The position numbers were made by a program, and so were the translations under genes. The notes beneath the pieces were generated by a model. The model did not search any database. It was not told the DNA's origin and worked only from the letters and a program-made list of their open reading frames with translations. Shown here piece by piece: positions 56,218 to 64,000 of a DNA stretch of 64,000 nucleotides (positions are counted from its first letter, which is position 1; each line of letters opens with the position of its first letter). The stretch lies in NCBI GenBank assembly GCA_021817345.1, contig JAKAVC010000025.1, positions 4,454 to 68,453 of the forward strand, read 5' to 3'. The DNA is from Deltaproteobacteria bacterium. GTDB lineage: Bacteria; Desulfobacterota; Binatia; Binatales; Binataceae.

Positions 56218-56847
56218 GTGGCCGCAGCATCATCAGAAATCCCGGGGCTCGACGAAGCGCTCGCGGCGCTTCGCGCGGGAGAACTGGTCGTCTATCCGAC
56301 CGAAACCTTTTACGCGCTGGGCGCCGATCCGTTTTCCGAGGCCGCGATGGAGCGTCTTTTCGCGCTCAAGGGACGCGACCCGGAAAAGCCCGTTGCGCTT
56401 ATCGCCGCCGACGCGCCGATGGCTTTCGCCCTGGCCCGCTCGATACCCGAGTCCGCGCGCGCTCTCGCCGAAGCGTTCTGGCCGGGGCCGCTCACCCTTG
56501 TGCTCGCGCCGCGCGACGGTATCCCCGCCGCGCTTATCGGGCCAACCGGCGGCGTGGGCGTGCGAGTCTCGCCGAATCCGGTCGCCCGCGCGTTAAGCGC
56601 CGGACTCGGACGTCCCATAACCGCGACCAGCGCGAATCTCTCCGGCCAGCCTCCCGCATCAACCCTTTCCGCGGCTCGCGCCGCACTTGGAGACAGAGTG
56701 AGAGTGTATCTTGAAGGTGGAACGCTTCGCGCGCCGGCCCCGAGCACGGTGGTCGCGTGCGAGGACGAGGGATTCCGGATTATTCGCACGGGCGCGATCG
56801 TCGAACGCGAACTTATCGCCGCACTTTCGACCGGAGCGCTCAAATGA
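56218..56847 (+). CDS. tsaC: L-threonylcarbamoyladenylate synthase (TsaC/YrdC family)
   Basis: VVYPTETFYALGADPF YrdC hallmark; 209 aa. Confidence 0.75.
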   Translation: MAAASSEIPGLDEALAALRAGELVVYPTETFYALGADPFSEAAMERLFALKGRDPEKPVALIAADAPMAFALARSIPESARALAEAFWPGPLTLVLAPRDGIPAALIGPTGGVGVRVSPNPVARALSAGLGRPITATSANLSGQPPASTLSAARAALGDRVRVYLEGGTLRAPAPSTVVACEDEGFRIIRTGAIVERELIAALSTGALK

Positions 56848-58139
56848 GCGGCTTCGGCGAACGTATCGAACCGCTGCGCGCGCTGCTTTATGACCCCGAA
56901 CAGGTCGGCGACCTGCGCAAGGTCGTCGCCCCGCCCTACGATCTGATCAACGAGCGGCAGCAGAGCGAACTCTACCAGCGAAGCCCGTACAACGTGGTGC
57001 GCCTGGAGCTTGCGCGCGACCCCGATCGCTACGCGGCGTCCGCCGAAACGATGACGCGATGGCGGCGCGAGGGCGCGCTCAGGTTCGCCCCACGGCCCGC
57101 AATCTATCACTACGTCCAGGAATTCGAGGTCGAGGGGCGAAAGCTGAGCCGCACCGGCCTCATCGTCCGCATCAGGCTCGAGGAATTCGCAAGCGGCGGA
57201 ATCCTGCCGCACGAAAAAACCTTTCCCGCCGCCAAGCAGGACCGCCTTCGGCTCCTGCAGGCGCTCGAAACCAACGTGAGTTCCATCTTCGGCCTCTATC
57301 CGGGCGCCTATCCGGAGCTTGCCGCGATGCTTCGCGCGGTTGGCGCGCGCGAGCCGCTCATCGACATCGTCGACGATCTCGGCATCCGCAACCAGCTTCG
57401 GCCGATCGAGGACCCGGCGGAAATCGCCGTCGTCCAGCGCTCGCTCGCAACCACGCGCATCCTTATCGCCGACGGGCATCATCGCTACGAGACCGCGCTC
57501 AACTATCGCCGGATGCGCCGCGAGGCCGAAGGCAACCCCAAGGAAGTCCGGCCGTACGACTACACGATGATGACGCTGGTTGCGTTCGACGACCCCGGAC
57601 TGGTGATCCTGCCGACCCATCGCGTGGTCGCGAAGCTCGACGCCGCGGCGGCGGAAAAGTTCGTCGAACGCGCCGCCGGGACGTTCGAGATTTCAGAAAC
57701 CGAAGAGCGCGGCTCGTTTCTCGTCGAGCTTTCGCGTCGCGGGCGCGGCACGCTTGGCGTCGCGCTTCGCGGACGCAACCGCCTGATGCTGCTCAAGCTG
57801 CGCTCGCAGGAAGCGCTCAAGACCGCGCTTCCCGATACTCCGCCGGCGGTCCGCGAACTTGACGTCTCGATCCTGCACGCGCTCGTGCTCGATCGGATTT
57901 TCGGCATCAAGGGCGAGCAGGTAAAAAAGGGCGGCAATATCGAGTACACGATTGACGGGCGCGGCGCTCTCGCGGCGGTAGCCGAAGGCCGCGCCGACGG
58001 CGCATTCCTGATGAACCCGCCGTCGATCGGCGACGTCGAACGGGTCTGCAACTCGGGCGCGACGATGCCGGAGAAGTCCACATACTTCCATCCCAAGCTG
58101 CTGACCGGGCTGGTCCTGAACCCGCTCGACGCGCGCTGA
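56844..58139 (+). CDS. DUF1015-domain protein
   Basis: About 430 aa with the conserved IADGHHRY motif. Start at the ATG overlapping the tsaC stop (ATGA). The ORF-track N-terminal extension overlaps tsaC. Confidence 0.6.
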   Translation: MSGFGERIEPLRALLYDPEQVGDLRKVVAPPYDLINERQQSELYQRSPYNVVRLELARDPDRYAASAETMTRWRREGALRFAPRPAIYHYVQEFEVEGRKLSRTGLIVRIRLEEFASGGILPHEKTFPAAKQDRLRLLQALETNVSSIFGLYPGAYPELAAMLRAVGAREPLIDIVDDLGIRNQLRPIEDPAEIAVVQRSLATTRILIADGHHRYETALNYRRMRREAEGNPKEVRPYDYTMMTLVAFDDPGLVILPTHRVVAKLDAAAAEKFVERAAGTFEISETEERGSFLVELSRRGRGTLGVALRGRNRLMLLKLRSQEALKTALPDTPPAVRELDVSILHALVLDRIFGIKGEQVKKGGNIEYTIDGRGALAAVAEGRADGAFLMNPPSIGDVERVCNSGATMPEKSTYFHPKLLTGLVLNPLDAR

Positions 58140-58160
58140 GACGGCCGAAACGCGGGAATT

Positions 58161-58820
58161 TTGCACGTACCGGCGATGAGCGGCGGACGGACTATTGCGC
58201 TGACCACGATGGCGCTGGTTCGCCACGGAGAAACCGAGGGCGAATCCAGCATCCGCTACCACGGCCGCACTGACGTCGCGCTCTCGGAACTCGGGCGCGC
58301 GCAGATGCGCGCGGCGCGGCGCGAACTTGCGCAGCGGCTCGGCGAAACCGCCTTCGCGCACGTGTTTTCAAGCCCGCTCATCCGCGCAATCGAAGGCGCG
58401 CGGCTTATCGCGGGCGGCAGCGCCACGCTCGTCACGATCGAGGAGTTCGCCGAGGTCCACTTCGGGCTGTTCGAGGGGCTCACGGCCGAGGAGATCCGCG
58501 AGCGCTATCCCGAGGAGTTCGCGCGATGGCGCGCTGACCCGCTCGCCCCGGCCTATACCTATCCGGGCGGCGAGAACCGTGGCGCGTTTGCCGAGCGGGT
58601 CCGGCGCGGACTGGACAGGATGCTGACGATGCTCGCGGATGAACAGTCGGACGGCGGATGCGCGCTGGTTGTGGCGCATCGCGGGGTTATCCGCGCTATC
58701 GTCTCCGCGCTCGCCGCCGAGGAGCCGAGCGTGGAACTCGGTTCAGTGCATATCCTGGAACGCCGCAATTCGCGATGGCATCCTCGCGCGCTCGACATCA
58801 CGGCGCATCTCCCGCGCTAA
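58161..58820 (+). CDS. histidine phosphatase (phosphoglycerate-mutase-like) family protein
   Basis: LVRHGET catalytic RHG motif and a downstream VVAHRGVIRA (second His). The true start may be the internal Met (MALVRHG). Confidence 0.65.
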   Translation: MHVPAMSGGRTIALTTMALVRHGETEGESSIRYHGRTDVALSELGRAQMRAARRELAQRLGETAFAHVFSSPLIRAIEGARLIAGGSATLVTIEEFAEVHFGLFEGLTAEEIRERYPEEFARWRADPLAPAYTYPGGENRGAFAERVRRGLDRMLTMLADEQSDGGCALVVAHRGVIRAIVSALAAEEPSVELGSVHILERRNSRWHPRALDITAHLPR

Positions 58821-58914
58821 CGCGCCCGGTTTGAGACTCGCGCGCGTCCCGGCGAAAGACTCGGCGCGCGAGCTAGTGCGGCGTCCCATTGATAATTTTA
58901 CAGCGGACGCATGA

Positions 58915-58992
58915 GATTCTTCGCTTCGGCAGCCTTTGCTCAGAATGACCAACAACCGTGCGCGCGCCTGTCATTCTGAGCGAAGCGAAGAA
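58915..58992. repeat. long imperfect palindrome (hairpin) between convergent genes
   Basis: gattcttcgcttcg[gcagcctttg]ctcagaatgac ... gtcattctgagcgaagcgaagaa: two 23-nt arms that are perfect apart from a 10-nt insertion in the left arm, around a 20-nt loop. Confidence 0.6.
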
Positions 58993-59114
58993 CCTCATTC
59001 CACCGAGCGACATCTCATCAACTTATCTGCGGAACACCAAACTAGCCCGCGCCAATCGCCCGCCGATATTTCCGTTCGCGAGACCCGGCGAACGAGTCGC
59101 TCGCCGGCTTCCGT

Positions 59115-60896
59115 CTATTGCGCGCTCGGGGTGATGCTCGCTATCCAGGTTCCCCAGATCGATCCCAGAAGCGGGTAGTCGGTCGAGTACTCGCCGCCGA
59201 TCCAGATGCTCGAGTCGGTGGGATCGGTGCTTGCGCCCGAGTAATCGCCCCATCGCGGCGGCGAAAGCGTGTACTGGTAATTACCCAGTTGGACCGTCTG
59301 AAAATAACCAAGTTCATTTGCGCTGCCACCCGCCTTCTGCATCCCGGCGTACACCGACGCAAAGCTGGTGCTCGAAGAGCCCGAGAACACTGTCACCAGG
59401 TCGCCCGCACTGTCGGTCCGAACGGCGGGATAATAGAAGTAGTACCCGGGAGAGCCGAGGTCGAAGTCCTGCGCGACGTTCATCGAGCCGCCGCTGCCGA
59501 TATTCACCTCGATGAAGCGCGCGCAGGAACGGGTCGAGCTGTCGCCCGCCGGCACGCAGGCATCGTTGGCTGCCACCCACAGCGTGCCCGTCGTATCCGA
59601 CGTGTCCGACGTTGACGGGCGGAACATGGCATCCAGCAGGCTATCGTCATTGGTGTCGATAAGCGTGCTGGTGCCCTCCTGCTGCGCGTTCGGCGGAAGC
59701 GAAATCGTATTGATGCCGACTTGAGCAAGCGAGGCCTGAGCCGTGGAGGTGGCACACGTCGTGGAACTCGTCGAAGCGGCGTTGCCGGTGACGGTCCAGA
59801 TGTCGAGCGTTTTCGTCGATGAGACGCTGGAATCCACCGCGGCCATGTAGAGAGTGTCACTGCTTGTCGAGTTGGGCGGGAGATTCTCCGCGGGCTCAAT
59901 CGCGACCGCGCCCTGGTTCGGAGGAAAAAACGTAGTGCAAACCACCGGCGCCTGGTAACTCGAGTTGTTGATGTTCGCGTAAATATCGTTCGCCGCGGTT
60001 ACGAGTTCGCTCTTGTTGATTACCAGGAACTCAGTTCCCTGATATTTGTAGCTGGCGCTGAATCGACCTTTCTGGCTCACGGAGAATGCGTCGCCGGTCA
60101 GTACCAGTTTGTCGCCATTGAACCCGATCTTCGGGAAATCGGGAAAATTACCAACACTGCCGTCGGGATTCGTCACTCCGGCGGTGGGAAAATAGAACAG
60201 CACCCAGTACCCGGTCGTGGGATCGCTGGTCGCCGAAACCGCTAGATCCCATCCCGCGTCGCTAATCGGCGAGAAAGTGACAAGGCTGATGAACCATCTT
60301 TGCGGCGCCGCGTCGTAAAGAACCCGCGGATCGCTGACGCTGTCAGTCAGGTAGTCGGGAGTGAATGCGGAGAGCGAAAAGCTACTGACTCCTGGCAGCG
60401 AAGTCCCGCTGGTGCTGAAAACCTCGGCTTCCAGGTTGACCGCCTCCAGCACGTTCGTCGCCGCACTGGTACCGTTGACGCCTGCGGTAAGGATAGTGTC
60501 GGGCGGTTCATAGCCACCGCCGTCCAGCATCCCGAGCGCGTTGAAGCTCGACCCCAGTGCGATCCCTGGCAGATTCGGAAGCGTAGGAGTAACACTACCG
60601 CCGCCACCTCCTCCGCCACTGCCGCCGCCTCCGCCGCCCGGTTTGCCCTTGCTCGGCGTTATGCCTCTCGCCAGCGCCGCCTTTATCAGGCCGACCATCG
60701 ACGGGTTGGCATAGTAATAACGCAATGGCGTCGCTTTCCCGCCCCGCGGCGCTTGCGGCGCCTGATTCACATTGACCAGCATTGCGGACTTCAAAAGCAC
60801 GCTTTGCGGCGCGGGACCTGCGGCGATAGCCGAACCAATCGGCAAAGCCAACATCGCAGAGAGCGCCACGATGAGGAAAACTCGAAGGTTGGGCAT
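59115..60896 (-). CDS. secreted hypothetical protein with a Gly-rich linker (lower-GC gene)
   Basis: 593 aa with a signal peptide, a GGGGGSGGGGGGGS linker, and an S/T-rich C-terminal domain. GC is lower than in the flanking genes. Confidence 0.4.
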   Translation of the reverse strand: MPNLRVFLIVALSAMLALPIGSAIAAGPAPQSVLLKSAMLVNVNQAPQAPRGGKATPLRYYYANPSMVGLIKAALARGITPSKGKPGGGGGGSGGGGGGGSVTPTLPNLPGIALGSSFNALGMLDGGGYEPPDTILTAGVNGTSAATNVLEAVNLEAEVFSTSGTSLPGVSSFSLSAFTPDYLTDSVSDPRVLYDAAPQRWFISLVTFSPISDAGWDLAVSATSDPTTGYWVLFYFPTAGVTNPDGSVGNFPDFPKIGFNGDKLVLTGDAFSVSQKGRFSASYKYQGTEFLVINKSELVTAANDIYANINNSSYQAPVVCTTFFPPNQGAVAIEPAENLPPNSTSSDTLYMAAVDSSVSSTKTLDIWTVTGNAASTSSTTCATSTAQASLAQVGINTISLPPNAQQEGTSTLIDTNDDSLLDAMFRPSTSDTSDTTGTLWVAANDACVPAGDSSTRSCARFIEVNIGSGGSMNVAQDFDLGSPGYYFYYPAVRTDSAGDLVTVFSGSSSTSFASVYAGMQKAGGSANELGYFQTVQLGNYQYTLSPPRWGDYSGASTDPTDSSIWIGGEYSTDYPLLGSIWGTWIASITPSAQ

Positions 60897-61286
60897 TGGA
60901 GAACCTCCGCGCGGATTTTTGCGCCTGATCCATTTAGCCGCCGGACTCGTTGGAGCTAACTCTGAGCAAATTGATTATGCAGCGTTGAACTGCTGGGAAC
61001 TCTCTCTGACATCGCCTAGTGACCTTAAAAAATAGCCTAGAAGAAGTCAAACTCAACTTGAGTTAATTTGGCTCCGCTGAGTGTGCGGTTGAGTAGAGTC
61101 CGACTTCTCAAGATTTGAAATTCAAATCGTAGCGCCTCTGATGCTTAAGGGAGCACTGTTGGCTCTTTGCGAGCCACTGCAGGGGTTTGCTATCGCCCTT
61201 GAGCGCGTATCGCGCCAAATCTCGTCCGGCACAGCCTATGCTCGTCCCCAGGCGGGAAACACATCCACATCCTGGGGAGAGCGCCA

Positions 61287-62525
61287 ATGGAGTACCTGGA
61301 ACTCGGGGACAAGGAACTGGCACCCGAATATCGCGAACTCAAGGAAAACGTCCATCGCTTTGCCCGCGACGTTCTGCGTCCCGCCGCCGTCGCGCTCGAC
61401 AAGCTGGCCAGCCCTGAACAGGTTATCGCGCCCGACTCGCGGCTCTGGCAGTTCTTCAAGCAGGCCTGGGCGCTTGGCTACCACACGGTCACGATTCCGG
61501 CGGAATATGGCGGCCTCGGCCTTCACGGCGTCGGCATGCAGGTCTTTCTCGAGGAACTCGGATGGGGCAGCGCCGACCTGGCGCTCAGCCTCGGCGTCGC
61601 GAGCTTTCCGTTCAGCGCGCTCGCGATGACCGGAAATCCGCGGTTGATCGATGAGTACGTGACGCCGTTCATCCAGGACCGGGAGGCGCGGCACATCGGA
61701 TGCTGGCCGGTGACGGAACCGAGTCACGGCTCGGACTGGGCGATGGCTCTCTCGGCCGATTACGATCCGGCCACTCCCGGACGCGCAACGATCCGGCGCG
61801 ACGGTGACGGTTACGTAATCAGCGGCCAGAAGGCGCCATGGGTCTCCAACGGCACGATCTCGACGCATGGACTTACCTACCTGATGGAGCCGGCATCGAG
61901 CGGGCGGCAGGGCGGCGGCGCGGTCGCGTTCATCCCCTTCGATCTTCCGGGCGTGTCGAAAGGCAAGCCGCTGAACAAACTTGGGCAGCGGGCGCTTAAC
62001 CAGGGCGAGATATTTTTCGACAACGTCCGGGTCCCGGCCGAATACGTGATGATAACGCCGGAGACGTTCGAGTACGGAGCGGCGGCGACATTGACCGGCG
62101 CGAACAGCACGATGGCGGCGGTGTTCACCGGGGTGGCGAGGTCGGCCTTCGACCTGGCGCTCGAATATTCGCGCCAGCGCGTGCAGGGCGGCGTTCCCAT
62201 CTGCGAGCATCAGCTCGTCCAAAAGCATCTGTTCGAGATGTTCACCAAGGTGCAGGCGTGCCGGACGCTGTCACGCGCGGTTCTCGCGCACAACGACGGC
62301 GCGGCGATTCCCGAACTGGAGTACGCGTGCGCGGCGAAGACTTTCTGCACGCAGGCGGCCTTCGAGGTCGCGAGCGACGCGCTTCAGCTCTTCGGCGGCA
62401 ACGGCCTAAGCCGCGATTATCCGATAGAAAAGATTTTCCGCGACGCGCGCGCTTCGCTTATCGAGGACGGAACCAACGACGTGCTGAGCCTGGCCGGCGC
62501 GCGGCGGATTATCGATCGCGCCTGA
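61287..62525 (+). CDS. acyl-CoA dehydrogenase family protein
   Basis: 412 aa with an ACAD fold pattern (WPVTEPSHGSD, a C-terminal QLFGGNGLSRDYPIEKIFRDAR catalytic region). Confidence 0.75.
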   Translation: MEYLELGDKELAPEYRELKENVHRFARDVLRPAAVALDKLASPEQVIAPDSRLWQFFKQAWALGYHTVTIPAEYGGLGLHGVGMQVFLEELGWGSADLALSLGVASFPFSALAMTGNPRLIDEYVTPFIQDREARHIGCWPVTEPSHGSDWAMALSADYDPATPGRATIRRDGDGYVISGQKAPWVSNGTISTHGLTYLMEPASSGRQGGGAVAFIPFDLPGVSKGKPLNKLGQRALNQGEIFFDNVRVPAEYVMITPETFEYGAAATLTGANSTMAAVFTGVARSAFDLALEYSRQRVQGGVPICEHQLVQKHLFEMFTKVQACRTLSRAVLAHNDGAAIPELEYACAAKTFCTQAAFEVASDALQLFGGNGLSRDYPIEKIFRDARASLIEDGTNDVLSLAGARRIIDRA

Positions 62526-62598
62526 GCGCCGCGCCCGACCAAGTCTGGACACGGGGACCTCAAGACGCGCGGTGACCCTGGTCGTCCTTGCGACAGTG

Positions 62599-64000
62599 CT
62601 AGCCGGCGGGCGCCGAAGCGCGTGACTTTTCCCTGTCCCAGGTCGTGCGCGTCACGCCCTCCTTTTTGAGTTCCGCTTTCTGGACCCGATGGGTTCCCGT
62701 CTTGGGCAGGCTTTCGCGGACGTCGATGTAGCGCGGAACCATGAACTTCGCCATCCGCTCCTCGCAGAACGCGACGAGGTTTTCGGGCGCGAGCGTCTGT
62801 CCCGGCCTGAGCACGACCGCGACCATCACGTCGTCTTCGCCAAGCTCCGAAGGAACGCCGTAGGCGGCGGATTCGAGGACGGCGGGATGCTGGTTGACGA
62901 TCTTCTCGACCTCGAACGACGAGATATTCTCGCCCCGGCGGCGCATCGAGTCGGTCTTGCGGTCGGCGAAGAAGAAATTTCCGTCCTGGTCGCGATAAGC
63001 GAGGTCTCCCGTGTAGAACCATCCTTTGCGGAACTTCGCCGCAGAGGCCTCTTCGTTCTTGAAGTACTCGACGCGGCGCGCCTCGGGATTGTCGACCTTG
63101 AAAACCAGGTTGCCGACCTCGCCCGGGCGAAGCTCGTTGCCGTCGTCGTCAAAAATGCCGGCCTCGACTCCCGGCGGCGGCTTGCCCATCGAGCCCTTGG
63201 GCGCGTTGCCCGGATTGATCAGACTGAAGCCGCCTCCGTCGACCGCGCCGTAACCCTCCCAGATGGTCAGATTGAAGCGCTTTTCGAATTCTTCCCACGC
63301 CCACGCCGGGGTCGCGGCGCTCAGCACCACGCGCACCGGATTGTCGGCGTCGTCGGGTCGAACGGGTTGCTTCAACAGAATCGGGATCATCGCGCCAAGC
63401 GCGTTGAACGTGGTCGCCTTGTAATGGCGCACTTCGTCCCAGAAGCGGCTTGCGCTGAAGCGCCGGCTGAGCGCGACCGTAAGCCCGTTGGCGAGCGCCC
63501 TGAGCGTCGTCAGATAGAGCGCGTTGCCGTGAAACAGGGGCAAACAGGTATAGAGGATGTCGTCGGGCCGATAGATTCCTATCGAGAACAGCCCGGGACC
63601 GGACAGGTTCATCGCGTGATTTCGCATCACCACGCCCTTGGGCAGACCCGTGGTGCCCGAGGTGTACATGAGATTGGAGATCGCGTCCGGAGCGACCGGC
63701 CGAGCCACATCTTCGGGCGCTCCCTTCGCCATCAGATCGGAAAGCGCGATCGAGCCGGCGGGCGGTCCGGCGAGCGTAACCTCGGGCGCGTTCAGATCGA
63801 CGATCACGTGCTTCAGGAGAGCGAGCCGCGATCGGATTGGCGCGAACTGCTCGAAGAGCTCGGCGCCGATTATCAGCGCCCTGCTCTCGGAGTGATTCAG
63901 TATGTAGGCGAGTCCTTCGCCCTTGAGCGCGGTATTCACGGGCACCGCGTAAGCGCCGAGTTTCTGCGTGGCGAAGAACGCGTACAGCCACTCGGGCCGG
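62599..64000 (-). CDS. AMP-dependent synthetase/ligase (acyl-CoA synthetase-like); N-terminus beyond window
   Basis: YTSGTTGLPKGV AMP-binding motif, YGAVDGG, and a C-terminal K. The reading frame stays open upstream of the ORF-track Met through position 64000. Confidence 0.75.
   Translation of the reverse strand, partial: RPEWLYAFFATQKLGAYAVPVNTALKGEGLAYILNHSESRALIIGAELFEQFAPIRSRLALLKHVIVDLNAPEVTLAGPPAGSIALSDLMAKGAPEDVARPVAPDAISNLMYTSGTTGLPKGVVMRNHAMNLSGPGLFSIGIYRPDDILYTCLPLFHGNALYLTTLRALANGLTVALSRRFSASRFWDEVRHYKATTFNALGAMIPILLKQPVRPDDADNPVRVVLSAATPAWAWEEFEKRFNLTIWEGYGAVDGGGFSLINPGNAPKGSMGKPPPGVEAGIFDDDGNELRPGEVGNLVFKVDNPEARRVEYFKNEEASAAKFRKGWFYTGDLAYRDQDGNFFFADRKTDSMRRRGENISSFEVEKIVNQHPAVLESAAYGVPSELGEDDVMVAVVLRPGQTLAPENLVAFCEERMAKFMVPRYIDVRESLPKTGTHRVQKAELKKEGVTRTTWDREKSRASAPAG

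Noticed and set aside
60595-60640. GGC/GCC-rich stretch encoding GGGGGSGGGGGGGS, which looks like a simple-sequence repeat
   Set aside because: It is in frame inside the secreted protein gene and encodes a flexible Gly linker. It is not a standalone DNA repeat element.
62417-63991. ORFs 62417..63022 and 63149..63991 on the minus strand
   Set aside because: Alternative frames of the AMP-dependent ligase gene. The ligase frame carries the canonical AMP-binding motifs.
1-64000. CRISPR array or cas genes
   Set aside because: No series of regularly spaced identical repeats was found anywhere in the window. The only repeats are the att sites, the 26-mer, the local duplication at 36.4-36.6 kb and the palindromes listed.

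Overview
This is a high-GC (about 65%), gene-dense bacterial chromosomal segment. I cannot assign a taxon from the sequence alone.

Hopanoid locus (1-23.5 kb): the left third is a bacteriohopanepolyol biosynthesis supercluster. On the minus strand it carries hpnK (3-prime truncated by the window edge), a divergent hpnG, then a membrane protein, hpnA, hpnE, hpnD, hpnC, dxr, shc, a Zn-alcohol dehydrogenase, an ispA-like prenyl synthase and hpnH. A TetR regulator follows. Two unusual embedded modules sit next to it:
- A tightly packed 7-gene minus-strand operon (13899-20040): Gfo/Idh/MocA oxidoreductase, LLM flavin oxidoreductase, HAD phosphatase, class-III (HpnO-like) aminotransferase, ATP-grasp-like ligase, NTP-transferase, HAD hydrolase.
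- A plus-strand operon (20181-23473): MlaC/HpnM-like protein, a fusion of a degenerate NTP-transferase-like domain with a canonical CDP-alcohol phosphatidyltransferase, and a B12-binding radical SAM enzyme.

Together these two modules are my best candidate for an undescribed polar head-group or side-chain modification system.

Middle of the window: panD-panC-panB is preceded by an odd roughly 230-nt leader that ends in a strong terminator 10 nt before panB. coaX, an MBL hydrolase and an SDR follow. tRNA-Pro(GGG) is followed by a roughly 7.8 kb integrative element bounded by 49-bp tRNA-derived direct repeats. It carries an integrase, an excisionase, a DUF3631-like protein and a CHC2/Toprim primase, plus a small cargo region with DUF736-like, DUF559 endonuclease-like, orphan HicB-like and AT-rich secreted genes.

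Right half: mostly housekeeping genes (LLM oxidoreductase, two alpha/beta hydrolases, a Rieske oxygenase, pcm, nlpD-like, apt, CDF transporter, a stand-alone archease, thiS-thiG-thiE behind a TPP riboswitch, alr, purH, purD, tsaC, DUF1015, a histidine phosphatase, a low-GC secreted Gly-rich protein, an acyl-CoA dehydrogenase and a 5-prime truncated AMP-dependent ligase).

No CRISPR array and no rRNA were seen.

The ORF track labels alternative start codons (TTG/GTG) as M. Several long ORFs on the opposite strand of real genes are high-GC artefacts.
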